Below, piece after piece: positions 25,926 to 38,214 of a stretch of DNA of 64,000 bases; positions within the stretch are counted from its first letter, which is position 1; each line of letters opens with the position of its first letter. The position numbers were made by a program, and so were the translations under genes. The DNA comes from Wenzhouxiangellaceae bacterium (GTDB taxonomy: Bacteria; Pseudomonadota; Gammaproteobacteria; Xanthomonadales; Wenzhouxiangellaceae), in assembly GCA_041685925.1 (NCBI GenBank), contig JAWLEW010000006.1, positions 6,172 to 70,171 of the forward strand. Reading direction: 5' to 3'. The notes below the pieces were generated by a model, which was not told where the DNA came from, ran no database searches, and saw only the letters and a list, made by a program, of their open reading frames with translations.

Positions 25926-27083
25926 ATGGTTCGACTCGCGCTTGTCCTCCTGTTGCTGCCCGCCCTGGCGATGGCCCAGCCGTATTTCCCGGATCGGCAT
26001 CGATGGAACGGCGTCGACCCGGCCGAAGCCGGCTTCGACCCCGAGAAACTCGAAGCGGCGATCGCCTTCGCGCGCGGCGCCGCGGTCACCGAACCGGCCG
26101 ACCTGCACCAGGTGATCACGGATTCGTTTGCGCCGCGCGAACCGAACTTCCGCATCCTGGGGCCCACCAGGCCGCGCGCAGGCGACAGCGGCATCGTTCT
26201 GAAAGACGGCCGCATCGTGGCCGAATGGGGCGACGTGCACCGGGTGGACATGACCTTCAGCGCGGTCAAGAGCTATCTCGCCACCGTCGCCGGCCTGGCC
26301 CTGCGCGACGGGCTGATCCAGTCCATCGACGAGCGCGCGGCCGACTACGTGCGCGACGGCAAGTTCGACAGCGCACACAATGCGCCGATCACCTGGCGTC
26401 ATCTGCTCAACCAGACCTCGGACTGGTCCGGCACGCTGTGGGACGTGCCCGACTGGGCAGACCGCCCCGAGGGCGACGACCCGGAGCAGTGGCCGAACCG
26501 CGAAATGCACGAACCCGGCACATACTTCAAGTACAACGACGTGCGCATCAACCTGCTGGCCTACGGCCTGCTCCAGGTCCACCGCGAACCGCTGCCGGTC
26601 GTGCTGAAACGCGAAATCATGGACCCGATCGGCGCCTCGACCACCTGGCGCTGGCACGGCTACGAAAACTCCTGGGTGGTGCTGGACGGTCAGCGCATGC
26701 AGTCGGTTTCCGGCGGCGGCCACTTCGGCGGCGGCATGTTCGTCTCGGCCCGCGACCATGCCCGGTTCGGCCTGCTGATGGAAAACCGCGGCGTCTGGGA
26801 CGGCGAGCGCCTGCTGCCCGACGCCTGGTTCGACATGATCCGCGAGCCGACCGAAGCCCGCCGCGATTATGGGCTGCTGTGGTGGCTGAACACCGACCGC
26901 GAGGCGATCCCGGCCGCGCCCGAATCCGCCTACTGGGCGGCCGGCTTCGGCGGCAATTACGTCTACGTCGACGAATGCAACGACCTGGTCGTGGTGCTGC
27001 GCTGGGTGCCGGAACTGGCCGACGTGATCGAAAAGGTACTGGAGGCCATGGACGACGCCAGCACCTGCGAGAAAGCAGCCTGA
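25926..27083 (+). CDS. Exported serine hydrolase (beta-lactamase/PBP-like family)
   Basis: Signal peptide MVRLALVLLLLPALAMA and an SxxK motif (FSAVKSY). Confidence 0.7.
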   Translation: MVRLALVLLLLPALAMAQPYFPDRHRWNGVDPAEAGFDPEKLEAAIAFARGAAVTEPADLHQVITDSFAPREPNFRILGPTRPRAGDSGIVLKDGRIVAEWGDVHRVDMTFSAVKSYLATVAGLALRDGLIQSIDERAADYVRDGKFDSAHNAPITWRHLLNQTSDWSGTLWDVPDWADRPEGDDPEQWPNREMHEPGTYFKYNDVRINLLAYGLLQVHREPLPVVLKREIMDPIGASTTWRWHGYENSWVVLDGQRMQSVSGGGHFGGGMFVSARDHARFGLLMENRGVWDGERLLPDAWFDMIREPTEARRDYGLLWWLNTDREAIPAAPESAYWAAGFGGNYVYVDECNDLVVVLRWVPELADVIEKVLEAMDDASTCEKAA

Positions 27084-27497
27084 ATGCACCGCGAATCGCT
27101 GCAAATCGAAACCGGCGGGCGCGGCTTCCACGAGATCACCGGCCGGACCGGCGAGATCGTCGCCCGATCGGGAATCCGGGACGGCATGTGCAACGCGTTC
27201 ATACGCCACACCTCGGCCTCGCTGGTGATTACCGAGAACGCCGACCCCGACGTGCTGCGCGATCTCGAAACCGTTGTCTCCGGCCTGGCGCCCGATGGCG
27301 ATCGGCGCTACGTGCATACCGCCGAAGGACCCGACGACATGTCGGCCCACCTGCGCTCGGTGCTCACGCAGACCAGCATCATTATCCCGATCGCCGACGG
27401 TGCCCTTGCGCTGGGCACCTGGCAGGGCCTGTTCCTGTGGGAACACCGCACGGCGCCGCATACGCGCAAGGTCGTGGTCAGCGTCTTTTCCGGTTGA
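27084..27497 (+). CDS. yjbQ: YjbQ/UPF0047 family (secondary thiamine-phosphate synthase-like) protein
   Basis: 137 aa. HTSASLVITENADPDV and LGTWQGLFLWEHR signatures. Its ATG immediately follows the upstream stop. Confidence 0.85.
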   Translation: MHRESLQIETGGRGFHEITGRTGEIVARSGIRDGMCNAFIRHTSASLVITENADPDVLRDLETVVSGLAPDGDRRYVHTAEGPDDMSAHLRSVLTQTSIIIPIADGALALGTWQGLFLWEHRTAPHTRKVVVSVFSG

Positions 27498-27575
27498 CAC
27501 GATCATCGCTTATCGGGCATTTTGTAGCGCTGCTTCTTTCCAGACAATTCGAATAACCATTTCGGGAATTTGCCA

Positions 27576-29165
<1,590 letters not shown>

Positions 29166-29210
29166 GAATGCGACCATAAACAGTCGCGATCACGCGACCG
29201 CAGACCTCAC

Positions 29211-29240
29211 CGCCCCGGCCACGCACCGGGGCGTTTTTTT
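29211..29240 (+). terminator. Rho-independent terminator of the POT transporter gene
   Basis: CGCCCCGG-ccacgca-CCGGGGCG followed by T7. Overlaps the stop codon of the convergent gene. Confidence 0.8.
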
Positions 29241-30420
29241 AACGGCTTTCCCGATACCAGGTCCAAAGCAGCGCGAGCTGGGCCGGCACCAGCCAGACCA
29301 TCATGTCGTAATTCCACTGCGCGCCCGGGAACAGCTTGAGCACGAATGCCGCGACCAGCCCCGCGGCCATGACCATCGCCGCCGCCCGCTCCAACGCAGC
29401 GCCGCGGAAACGCCACAGGAGCAGCGCCACCGGGTTCAGCAAAAGCAGGTTCTCGTTGCGCCAGGCCGCCTCGTGCGCCGTGAAAAGCCACAGGAACAGC
29501 AACATCCCGCCGCCGAGCCCCGACACGATGATCCAGCCGCGCGCGCCGATGAGGGCCGGCAGGCGAGACCGGAACACCAGCGCCGGCAGCACGATCAGAA
29601 AGACGCTTGCCAATCCCAGGGTCAGGAAGGCTGCTGCATGGAAATCAGGTCGATCGGGCGGCGCCTGCCGGCTGGATTCGTAAAGCATGCGGTCTTCGAC
29701 CACCAGCGGCAAGCTCTCGCCGCCAGGCGTGGCGATGCGCATCGCGGCGACCGTCTCGGCCACGACGGCCGGAAGAAACATTTCCTCCCACACCGACCGC
29801 GGCCTGTCCGCCATCCGCCCGAGACCGGCCTCGATGCCAAGGTATAGCGGAAAATCGTCCTGGACCAGGCGCCGGGTGTGGGTGCGGAAATCGGCGCTTG
29901 CCGGCCGCGGTTTCGAATACGCCGACAACGCACCGTCGAGCGCGAAATCAAGCGCATCGCGCACCCGGTTGGAGCAATTGTTGAAGTAATAGTCGTAGCG
30001 GAAATCCCGGGTCTCGGGCTGCACCCGGGCCTCCAGCCAGTCGGTCAGGCGCCGGATCGCTTCGGGTTCAAGATTCAGCAGCTGCGCGCGCACGCTGCGA
30101 TCGCGCCACCGGTAATAAGCCAGTTCATCTTCGGGGCTGCGCGCCAGGGCGAAATAAACCATCTCGCCGAACAGGTAATCACGGTAAAACCCCGGCTGGT
30201 CGAAATCGAAAAAACCGAAGTTGTAAATCTCGTCGATGCCCCGCGCCGGATCGCGAATCCAGATCGCGTTGTGCCCGAACTGCTCCTCGACCCGTTCGGC
30301 CGTCCCGTAAGTCATCAGCCAGGCCTGCTGCGCGAGCGCCGGTACTGCGATGCACAACAGCGCCACCGGAATCAAGCAAAGTGCGATTTTCCGGGAGAGG
30401 CAATCAATCACTAAGGGCAC
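29239..30420 (-). CDS. DUF4105-type (Lnb N-terminal periplasmic domain) membrane protein
   Basis: Signal sequence, then the typical HNAIWIRDP..IYNFGFFDF N-terminal domain, then a C-terminal multi-TM region. GTG start uncertain. Confidence 0.65.
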   Translation of the reverse strand: MPLVIDCLSRKIALCLIPVALLCIAVPALAQQAWLMTYGTAERVEEQFGHNAIWIRDPARGIDEIYNFGFFDFDQPGFYRDYLFGEMVYFALARSPEDELAYYRWRDRSVRAQLLNLEPEAIRRLTDWLEARVQPETRDFRYDYYFNNCSNRVRDALDFALDGALSAYSKPRPASADFRTHTRRLVQDDFPLYLGIEAGLGRMADRPRSVWEEMFLPAVVAETVAAMRIATPGGESLPLVVEDRMLYESSRQAPPDRPDFHAAAFLTLGLASVFLIVLPALVFRSRLPALIGARGWIIVSGLGGGMLLFLWLFTAHEAAWRNENLLLLNPVALLLWRFRGAALERAAAMVMAAGLVAAFVLKLFPGAQWNYDMMVWLVPAQLALLWTWYRESR

Positions 30421-30567
30421 GAAGAAGGAAACCGGGTTCGTTTCCGACCATATTTTACTTCCAAAAACGATATTCGAGTGGAACCTGACCGCCAGCCGGT
30501 CTACGTTCTCCCTTGCCCGCGTTGGTACACTTTAGCGGTTTGGCCACGTCCTGGAGCGCATTCCTGC

Positions 30568-31764
<1,197 letters not shown>

Positions 31765-31816
31765 TGGCCGTCCAACCAAACGGCCGGCCAGGCGGGCCGA
31801 TCGGGCCGTCGGCAAT

Positions 31817-32539
31817 TCACTCTACGGTTTCGGCGTCTTCGGCGTCCGACGATTGCGGCGCCGATTCGCCGTCTTCGAGCGTCTGGAAATCGCGCAGGAT
31901 CACGTTGCCGACGCCGATCGCCTTGTGCAGTCGGGTTTCGAACTGAACGATCTTCTCGAAATTCCAGAGTTCGTCGCGGAAGAACTGGTCGCCCGAAATG
32001 AACGTGCCGTCTCGACCGGTGACGTAAACCGCGCGATTGACCCCCACCCGAGAGCCGCCCGAGAGATCGCGGGCCAGCGTGCGCTTCATGTCGTTGGTGG
32101 TGCGCGGAATCGCCACTTCGTCGCCGTACCGCGGCTTCAGTTCATTTTCCAGGATCTCCTTCGCGACTTTTCTGTGCTCCTCGGTGAACTGGTTCCAGAT
32201 GTCGGCCGCGACCGCAGCGTTCTTGGGGTAGCCGCGCTCGGCCGACAATTGGATCCAGGCCCAGCCGCGCAGCGGATCGCGCTCCACGCCATCGCCATTG
32301 ACGTACATCATGCCGAGGTTGAACTGCGCCAGCTTGTCGGCCCAGTGCGCGGCCAACCGGAAATTGCCGAGCGCCGCATCGTAATCGCCCTGGCGGAAGA
32401 ACATGTTGCCGCGTTCCAGAAACTGGGTGCCCGGTGCGTTCTGCGCGTAGTTGTTGACGTTGACGACCTGCGCTTCGACTATGCCTATCTGAAACGCTGT
32501 CGCAAAAAGAATGCCGATAACCGAAATCGTTTTTTTCAT
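31817..32539 (-). CDS. Exported Sel1/TPR-like repeat protein
   Basis: Signal peptide MKKTISVIGILFATA. Sel1-like repeat strings (AQFNLGMMYVNGDGVERDPLRGWAWI). Visibly lower GC than its neighbours. Confidence 0.6.
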   Translation of the reverse strand: MKKTISVIGILFATAFQIGIVEAQVVNVNNYAQNAPGTQFLERGNMFFRQGDYDAALGNFRLAAHWADKLAQFNLGMMYVNGDGVERDPLRGWAWIQLSAERGYPKNAAVAADIWNQFTEEHRKVAKEILENELKPRYGDEVAIPRTTNDMKRTLARDLSGGSRVGVNRAVYVTGRDGTFISGDQFFRDELWNFEKIVQFETRLHKAIGVGNVILRDFQTLEDGESAPQSSDAEDAETVE

Positions 32540-32842
32540 TTGAAACCCGCCAAGTCGTTCCCGTGTCTGCGCTGATCAGTCTACGCATCCAGGATCACCG
32601 CCGCGTGGGCAAGCAGCCAGGGAAAGATCAGAACACATGGGCGCCCGATCGCTGGATGTTCCCGGACAGGACCCGGATGATACGTCGGCGATTGCAGAAA
32701 GATCGGCCCTGCACAGCCCGAAAAGAGTGTACCGGCTGGCTCACGAACACAATCACGCTGTCGAGGCCCCCGGGAATCCGCATCTTGAAGCGTCCCCGAT
32801 TGCTCCAACGGATTTTCCGCGGCCTGTTCAGGCACGGGTGCC

Positions 32843-35407
32843 TCAAGCCGGGGATGCGTCTTGTTCGTCCGGTTCCGCTTCGTCTTCGGACACTGCAATC
32901 CGGGCCAGGCCGATCAGCTGCTCGTCTTCACCGAGCCGAATCAGCGTGACGCCCTGGGTATTTCGGCCCAGGCGCGAAATTTCAGCCGCCGAGGTGCGTA
33001 CCAGCGTGCCGGCATTGGACGTGAGCATGACGTCGTCCTCCTCGGCAACCGCAAGCGCGGCTACCAGTTCCCCGTTGCGCCCGGTGACCTGGATGCCGAT
33101 CACGCCCTGGCCGCCGCGGTTGTAGACCGGGAAGTCCTCGAGCGCAGTGCGCTTGCCGTAGCCATTCGCAGTGGCCAGCAGAACATCACCCTCGTTAGCC
33201 ACCAGCATGGACACCACCCGCTGATCGGGCTTGAGCCGGATGCCGACGACGCCGCGGGTCTGACGACCCATCGCGCGCACGCCCGACTCGTGGAAACGGA
33301 TCGCCTTGCCGGCCGAAGAAAACAGCAGCATGTCGCGACTGCCGTCGGTGAACGACACGTCGACCAGTTCGTCATCGCCCTCCAGCTCGATTGCCCAGAT
33401 GCCGTTGGAACGGATGTGCGCGAAATCCGAAAGCGGCGTCTTCTTCACGCGCCCCGAGCGTGTGGCGAAGAACACGAACCAGTCGTCGGAAAACTCGCGC
33501 GTGGGCAGCACCGCGTTGATGCGTTCGCCCTCGTCCAGCGGCAGCAGGTTGACCATGGGCCGCCCGCGACTGCTGTGGCCGGCCTGGGGCAGCTCGTAGA
33601 CCTTCGTCTTGTAGACCTTGCCGGCACTGGTGAACACCAGCAGCGTGTCGTGGGTGTTGGTGACCCAGAAACGTTCGACGAAATCCTCGTCCTTGGTCTT
33701 TGCCGCGCTGCGTCCGCGCCCGCCGCGCTTCTGGCTGCGGTAGCGATCCAGCGGCTGGTACTTCGCGTAACCGGCATGCGACAAGGTGACCACCACGTCC
33801 TCGGGCGTGATCAGGTCTTCCATGGTCAGGTCCAGTTGATCGGTCACGATCTCGGTGCGCCGCCGGTCGCCGAATTCGTCGCGAATCGATTCGAGTTCTT
33901 CGCGGATCACCTGCATCAGCGCATCCGGCTCGGACAGGATGCGGATCAACTCGCGGATCTGCTCGAGGATTTCGCGGTATTCGTCCGAAAGCTTTTCCTG
34001 CTCCAGCCCGGTCAGCTTCTGCAGGCGCAGGTCCAGGATGGCCTGGGCCTGGTTCGGCGAGAGCTGGTAGCCGTCCTCGCCCAGCCCGAACTCGGGCAGC
34101 AGATCCTCGGGCCGGGAAAGCTCCGCACCGGCCTGCCCCAAAAGCGCGGCCACCGGACCCGGTTCCCAGCGCTGTGCCTGAAGCCGCTCGCGCGCCTCGC
34201 CCGGCGTCGGCGAATTCTTGATCAGCGCGATGATCTCGTCGAGATTCGCCAGCGCGACGGTCAGGCCCTCGAGAATGTGCGCTCGGCTGCGCGACTTGCG
34301 CAATTCGAACAGCGTGCGCCGGGTCACCACGTCGCGCCGGTGCGCGAGAAAGGCCTGCAGCACCTGGCGAATATTGAGCAGCTTCGGCTGGTTGTCGACC
34401 AGGGCCACCATGTTGATGCCGAACACGCACTGCATCTGGGTGTTCTGGAACAGGTTGTTGAGGATCACCTCGCCGACTTCGCCGCGCTTGAGCTCGACGA
34501 CCATGCGCATGCCGTCCTTGTCGGATTCGTCGCGCAATTCGGAAATGCCTTCGAGCTTCCTGGCCTTGACCAGCTCGGCGATCTTTTCGAGCAGGCGGGC
34601 CTTGTTGACCTGGTACGGCAACTCGGTGACGACGATCTTGGTCTTGCCGCTGTCCTCGTCCTCGAAATGCGCCCGGGCGCGCATGTAGATCCGGCCGCGG
34701 CCCGTCTCGTAGGCTTCCCGGATCCCGGCCGCACCATTGATGATGCCGGCGGTGGGGAAATCCGGGCCGGGCATGTGCTCCATGATGCCGTCGAGGTCCA
34801 GGTCCGGGTCGTCGACCAGCGCGAGCAGCGCGCCCACGACTTCGTTGAGGTTGTGCGGCGGGATGTTGGTCGCCATACCGACCGCGATGCCGGAAGAGCC
34901 GTTGACCAGGAGGTTGGGTACCCGGGTCGGCAGAACGGCCGGCTCGTACTCGGATTCATCGTAATTCGGCAGCCAGTTGACCGTTTCCTTGTCGATGTCG
35001 GCCAGCAGCTTGTGGGCCAGCTTGGCCATGCGCACTTCGGTATAACGCATCGCCGCCGGGGAATCGCCGTCGACCGAGCCGAAGTTGCCCTGGCCGTCGA
35101 CCAGCATGTATCTCAAGGAGAACGGCTGGGCCATGCGCACGATGGTGTCGTAGACCGCCGTGTCGCCGTGGGGGTGGTACTTACCGATGACGTCGCCGAC
35201 CACGCGCGCCGATTTCTTGTAGGGCTTGTTGAAGTCGTTGCCCAGCACGTGCATGGCAAAAAGCACCCGGCGATGCACCGGTTTGAGCCCGTCTCGAACG
35301 TCCGGAAGGGCGCGCCCGACGATCACGCTCATGGCGTAATCGAGGTAGGACTGACGCATCTCGTCTTCGAGGTTTACCGGGAGGATTTCCTGCGCGAGTT
35401 CAGCCAT
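32843..35407 (-). CDS. gyrA: DNA gyrase subunit A
   Basis: 854 aa. Active-site AAMRYTE and [19 protein letters not shown]-terminal beta-pinwheel repeats and an acidic tail. Confidence 0.98.
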   Translation of the reverse strand: MAELAQEILPVNLEDEMRQSYLDYAMSVIVGRALPDVRDGLKPVHRRVLFAMHVLGNDFNKPYKKSARVVGDVIGKYHPHGDTAVYDTIVRMAQPFSLRYMLVDGQGNFGSVDGDSPAAMRYTEVRMAKLAHKLLADIDKETVNWLPNYDESEYEPAVLPTRVPNLLVNGSSGIAVGMATNIPPHNLNEVVGALLALVDDPDLDLDGIMEHMPGPDFPTAGIINGAAGIREAYETGRGRIYMRARAHFEDEDSGKTKIVVTELPYQVNKARLLEKIAELVKARKLEGISELRDESDKDGMRMVVELKRGEVGEVILNNLFQNTQMQCVFGINMVALVDNQPKLLNIRQVLQAFLAHRRDVVTRRTLFELRKSRSRAHILEGLTVALANLDEIIALIKNSPTPGEARERLQAQRWEPGPVAALLGQAGAELSRPEDLLPEFGLGEDGYQLSPNQAQAILDLRLQKLTGLEQEKLSDEYREILEQIRELIRILSEPDALMQVIREELESIRDEFGDRRRTEIVTDQLDLTMEDLITPEDVVVTLSHAGYAKYQPLDRYRSQKRGGRGRSAAKTKDEDFVERFWVTNTHDTLLVFTSAGKVYKTKVYELPQAGHSSRGRPMVNLLPLDEGERINAVLPTREFSDDWFVFFATRSGRVKKTPLSDFAHIRSNGIWAIELEGDDELVDVSFTDGSRDMLLFSSAGKAIRFHESGVRAMGRQTRGVVGIRLKPDQRVVSMLVANEGDVLLATANGYGKRTALEDFPVYNRGGQGVIGIQVTGRNGELVAALAVAEEDDVMLTSNAGTLVRTSAAEISRLGRNTQGVTLIRLGEDEQLIGLARIAVSEDEAEPDEQDASPA

Positions 35408-35548
35408 GCATTTGGTCTTGTGAATTTGGGCCAGGAACTGCTTCCAGGCTACTGAATTTCAAGCATTTCCACGAAAGGGTGGATCCGCCGATTCAGCTCC
35501 TGAAACAATCCTGAAATTCTAGCACAGGCGGGGGTTGTGCGCCCGCCG

Positions 35549-35881
35549 TCAACGGGCTTCGGAAGCCTCGCTCAGCACCGCGATCCGGCCCTCGAACCGG
35601 GGCTGGACAACGCCCCGTTCGGTCACGATGATATCCACCAGTCCACCAGGGGTCACGTCGAAGACCGGGTTGAACGCTTCGACGCAGGCGGGCGGCGCGT
35701 CGAGCCCGGCACTGTTCCGGATCTCGCCGGCCGGACCCACCTCGATGACGACCCGGCCGCCGTCGGGCGTTTCGGGGTGACGACCGGCGACCACGATCAT
35801 GCGCGCACCGATTTGACGCGCCAGGACGGCCAGTATCGATGTCCCGACCTTGCGTTTCAGAGAATCGATTCCACTCCATGC
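35549..35881 (-). pseudogene. mtnA: 5'-truncated remnant of methylthioribose-1-phosphate isomerase (mtnA)
   Basis: Only about 110 C-terminal codons are open, bounded upstream by an in-frame TGA at 35882-35884. They encode ..[47 protein letters not shown].., which matches the C-terminal third of MtnA (full length about 350 aa). The next gene begins at 36040. Confidence 0.75.
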
Positions 35882-36039
35882 TCATCCATGGCATCATTCC
35901 GAGCGCGTGCCGGCGCTGCGACCGTCCCTGTCGTACCACAAGCGATCACGCGCCGGCAATGGGCCGGCCAACCATCGCCGGCGGGCTTGCATTATCATTT
36001 CATCAACCAACGTCACTGTATCAATCATCGGACCCGACC

Positions 36040-36639
36040 ATGAAAAGTCTGCTCATTTCACTGTTCCTGCTGATGCCGCCGCTCCTGGCCGCCCAGCAAT
36101 CGGAGCAAACGACCTCCAACCCGTTTGAAGAGGACATGCCGAGCGTGATCATCCATACTTCCAAAGGCGACATCACGGTTGAACTGTACGAGGACCAGGC
36201 GCCGGTTACGGTCGAGAACTTCCTGTCCTATGCGCGCAAGGGCTTTTACGACGGCACCATTTTTCATCGCGTGATCCCGGGCTTCATGATCCAGGGCGGC
36301 GGATTTACACCCGACCTGGAGCCAAAGCCCAATGACGCCCCGATCGAAAACGAGGCCGACAACGGGCTTTCCAACGAGCGTGGCACCATCGCGATGGCGC
36401 GCACCAACGACCCGAATTCTGCCACCTCGCAGTTCTTCATCAACGTGGTCGACAATTCCGCTTCGCTGGACCATCGCGGGAAGCAATCCGGGCGAACCTG
36501 GGGCTATGCCGTCTTCGGCCGCGTCACCGAGGGCATGGATGTGGTCGACGAGATCCGGTTCGTTCAGACCGAGGCGCGCGGGCCGCACCAGAACGCGCCC
36601 ATCGAGCCGGTGACGATCGAAAGCGTCGAAGTGCCCTGA
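36040..36639 (+). CDS. ppiA: Periplasmic cyclophilin-type peptidyl-prolyl cis-trans isomerase
   Basis: Signal peptide [18 protein letters not shown]. Cyclophilin signature [15 protein letters not shown]. Confidence 0.9.
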   Translation: MKSLLISLFLLMPPLLAAQQSEQTTSNPFEEDMPSVIIHTSKGDITVELYEDQAPVTVENFLSYARKGFYDGTIFHRVIPGFMIQGGGFTPDLEPKPNDAPIENEADNGLSNERGTIAMARTNDPNSATSQFFINVVDNSASLDHRGKQSGRTWGYAVFGRVTEGMDVVDEIRFVQTEARGPHQNAPIEPVTIESVEVP

Positions 36640-36648
36640 GGCGCGCCG

Positions 36649-37398
36649 ATCGATACGCCGCCGACAACGCTCTTCATATCGGACCTGCATCTCGCGCGGT
36701 CGCGGCCGGACATTACCGAGCAGTTTCAGGCGTTCCTTGCGGGGCCGGCCCGCAAGGCAGAGGCGCTTTACATCCTCGGCGACCTGTTCGAGTCCTGGAT
36801 CGGCGATGACGCCGCCGGTGAATTCGAAAACCGGATTGCCGGTGCACTGAGGGGGCTGGCCGGTCAAGGCACCCGGCTGGCGTTCCTGCACGGAAACCGG
36901 GACTTCCTGCTCGGCACGGAATTCTGTGAGCGCGCGGGCATGACGCTTCTGGATCAGCCGCACGTCATCGAACTGTACGGAACGCGTACCGTGTTGCTGC
37001 ACGGCGATCAGCTGTGCAGCCTGGACCTTCAGTATCAACGCTACCGCAAAAGAGTCAGTGCGCCGGAATGGCAAAACCGAATGCTTGCCCGGCCGATCTG
37101 GTTCCGACGCAGCGTGGCCGCCCTGCTGCGCGGGGCAAGCCGCCTGCGCAATCGAGACCCGGCCGCCATCGAGATGGATGTCGTCGACGCCGATGCCGAA
37201 GAACTGTTCCGGCGCTCAGGCGCCAGCCGGATGATTCACGGCCATACCCATCGGCCGTTCAGACATATTCATCGAGTGCTGGACCGACCCGCCGAACGCA
37301 TCGTGCTTGGCGACTGGTACACCCAGGGCAGCGTGCTCACCGTGACGCCCGATTCCCTGTCGCTGGACGCGCTGGAACGCGACCGCAGGGACCACTAG
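36649..37398 (+). CDS. lpxH: UDP-2,3-diacylglucosamine diphosphatase LpxH (start codon unresolved)
   Basis: TLFISDLHL, YILGDLFESWIGDD, HGNRDFL and IHGHTHRP metallophosphatase motifs. Homology begins at 36667, but the frame has no ATG/GTG/TTG between the in-frame TGA (36637-36639) and 36940. ATC at 36649 is given as a provisional start. Confidence 0.8.
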   Translation: MDTPPTTLFISDLHLARSRPDITEQFQAFLAGPARKAEALYILGDLFESWIGDDAAGEFENRIAGALRGLAGQGTRLAFLHGNRDFLLGTEFCERAGMTLLDQPHVIELYGTRTVLLHGDQLCSLDLQYQRYRKRVSAPEWQNRMLARPIWFRRSVAALLRGASRLRNRDPAAIEMDVVDADAEELFRRSGASRMIHGHTHRPFRHIHRVLDRPAERIVLGDWYTQGSVLTVTPDSLSLDALERDRRDH

Positions 37399-38075
37399 TC
37401 CGATTTCGACGCTTTGGAATCGGCGCTCGCAGACTTGTCTTTGGCCGACTTGTCGCTGGCCGGGTTGCTGCTGCCGGCAGCGGATTCAGCGCCCTGCTCC
37501 TTGCTTCCCGATGACGCGGGTCGTGAAGCCGACGTGGCCTTCAGCGGATCACGATCGGCGGATTTCTCGTCCGGGCCATCGCTGCTGTTCTTGCCGTCGT
37601 CCGACTTCGCGCTGTCCGACTTCTCGCTCTCCGACTTCTCGCTCTCCGACTTCCCGGCCTGCTGTGTGCCGGCCGGTGAAGGCGAATGCGCGGTGGTGCT
37701 GTCGTCACTTCCCGTCCGCGTCGACGATGAATGGCCGTCCGAATCCACCGGCGAGGCCGCTCCGAAGCCACCCAGCCGCACTTCCTGGCCGCTGGCCGGC
37801 GGCAGGCGTTCGGCAAGCTTCTTGTCGTCAACCAGTCTTTCGGCACCGCTGCTCAGATGGTCGAAGACCTGCTTGTAGCTGTCGGTCATCTGGTTGATCA
37901 AACGCGCAGTCTCGACAAAATGGTCGGTAACTTCGTTGCGAAACTTGTCGTTTTCCTGCTTGAGCTGCATGACCGACACCGCGCCGCCGCGGGCTCGGCT
38001 GATCCACCAGGTCGCGAGCGCTCCGATTGCGCCGCCGACAACCAGACCAACAATCAACGAGATTGCAAATTCCAT
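37395..38075 (-). CDS. yhcB: YhcB/ZapG (DUF1043) family inner-membrane protein with a long low-complexity C-terminal extension
   Basis: N-terminal TM helix plus coiled-coil (..LKQENDKFRNEVTDHFVETARLINQMTDSYKQVFDHL..). About 110 extra Ser/Lys/Asp/Glu-rich residues. Confidence 0.8.
   Translation of the reverse strand: MEFAISLIVGLVVGGAIGALATWWISRARGGAVSVMQLKQENDKFRNEVTDHFVETARLINQMTDSYKQVFDHLSSGAERLVDDKKLAERLPPASGQEVRLGGFGAASPVDSDGHSSSTRTGSDDSTTAHSPSPAGTQQAGKSESEKSESEKSDSAKSDDGKNSSDGPDEKSADRDPLKATSASRPASSGSKEQGAESAAGSSNPASDKSAKDKSASADSKASKSD
37600..37653. repeat. 15-bp tandem repeat (about 3.6 units) inside the yhcB tail
   Basis: TCCGACTTCgCGCTg / TCCGACTTCTCGCTC / TCCGACTTCTCGCTC / TCCGACTTC. 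Encodes the KSESEKSESEKSDSAKSD tract on the minus strand. Confidence 0.9.
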
Positions 38076-38214
38076 TGGTTTACGCCTTGTGCAAGAGAAC
38101 CTTCAGGCTAACAGAACATCGGTTGCGCGAGTGTAACGAAAGTCCGCCGTACGATGCCGGGGGGCTGCCTCGACCACAGGCCAACGCCGTAGACAACGGG
38201 TTCGACCGTGCCGC

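Noticed and set aside
35090-35209. gyrA QRDR (GDTAVYD: Thr at position 83, Asp at 87), considered as a possible quinolone-resistance signature.
   Set aside because: Thr83/Asp87 is the wild-type state in Pseudomonas-like gammaproteobacteria. Resistance alleles are Ile/Leu83 or Asn/Gly/Tyr87.
32861-35455. Very long antisense ORFs opposite real genes. Examples: 864 aa opposite gyrA; 809 aa (38341-40770) opposite alaS; 537 aa (25893-27506); 600 aa (47417-49219); 567 aa (53508-55211); 568 aa (43215-44921); 470 aa (2340-3752).
   Set aside because: These are typical stop-codon-poor shadow frames of a high-GC genome. Their translations are Arg/Gly/Ala/Pro-rich with no motifs, while the opposite strand encodes unmistakable conserved proteins.
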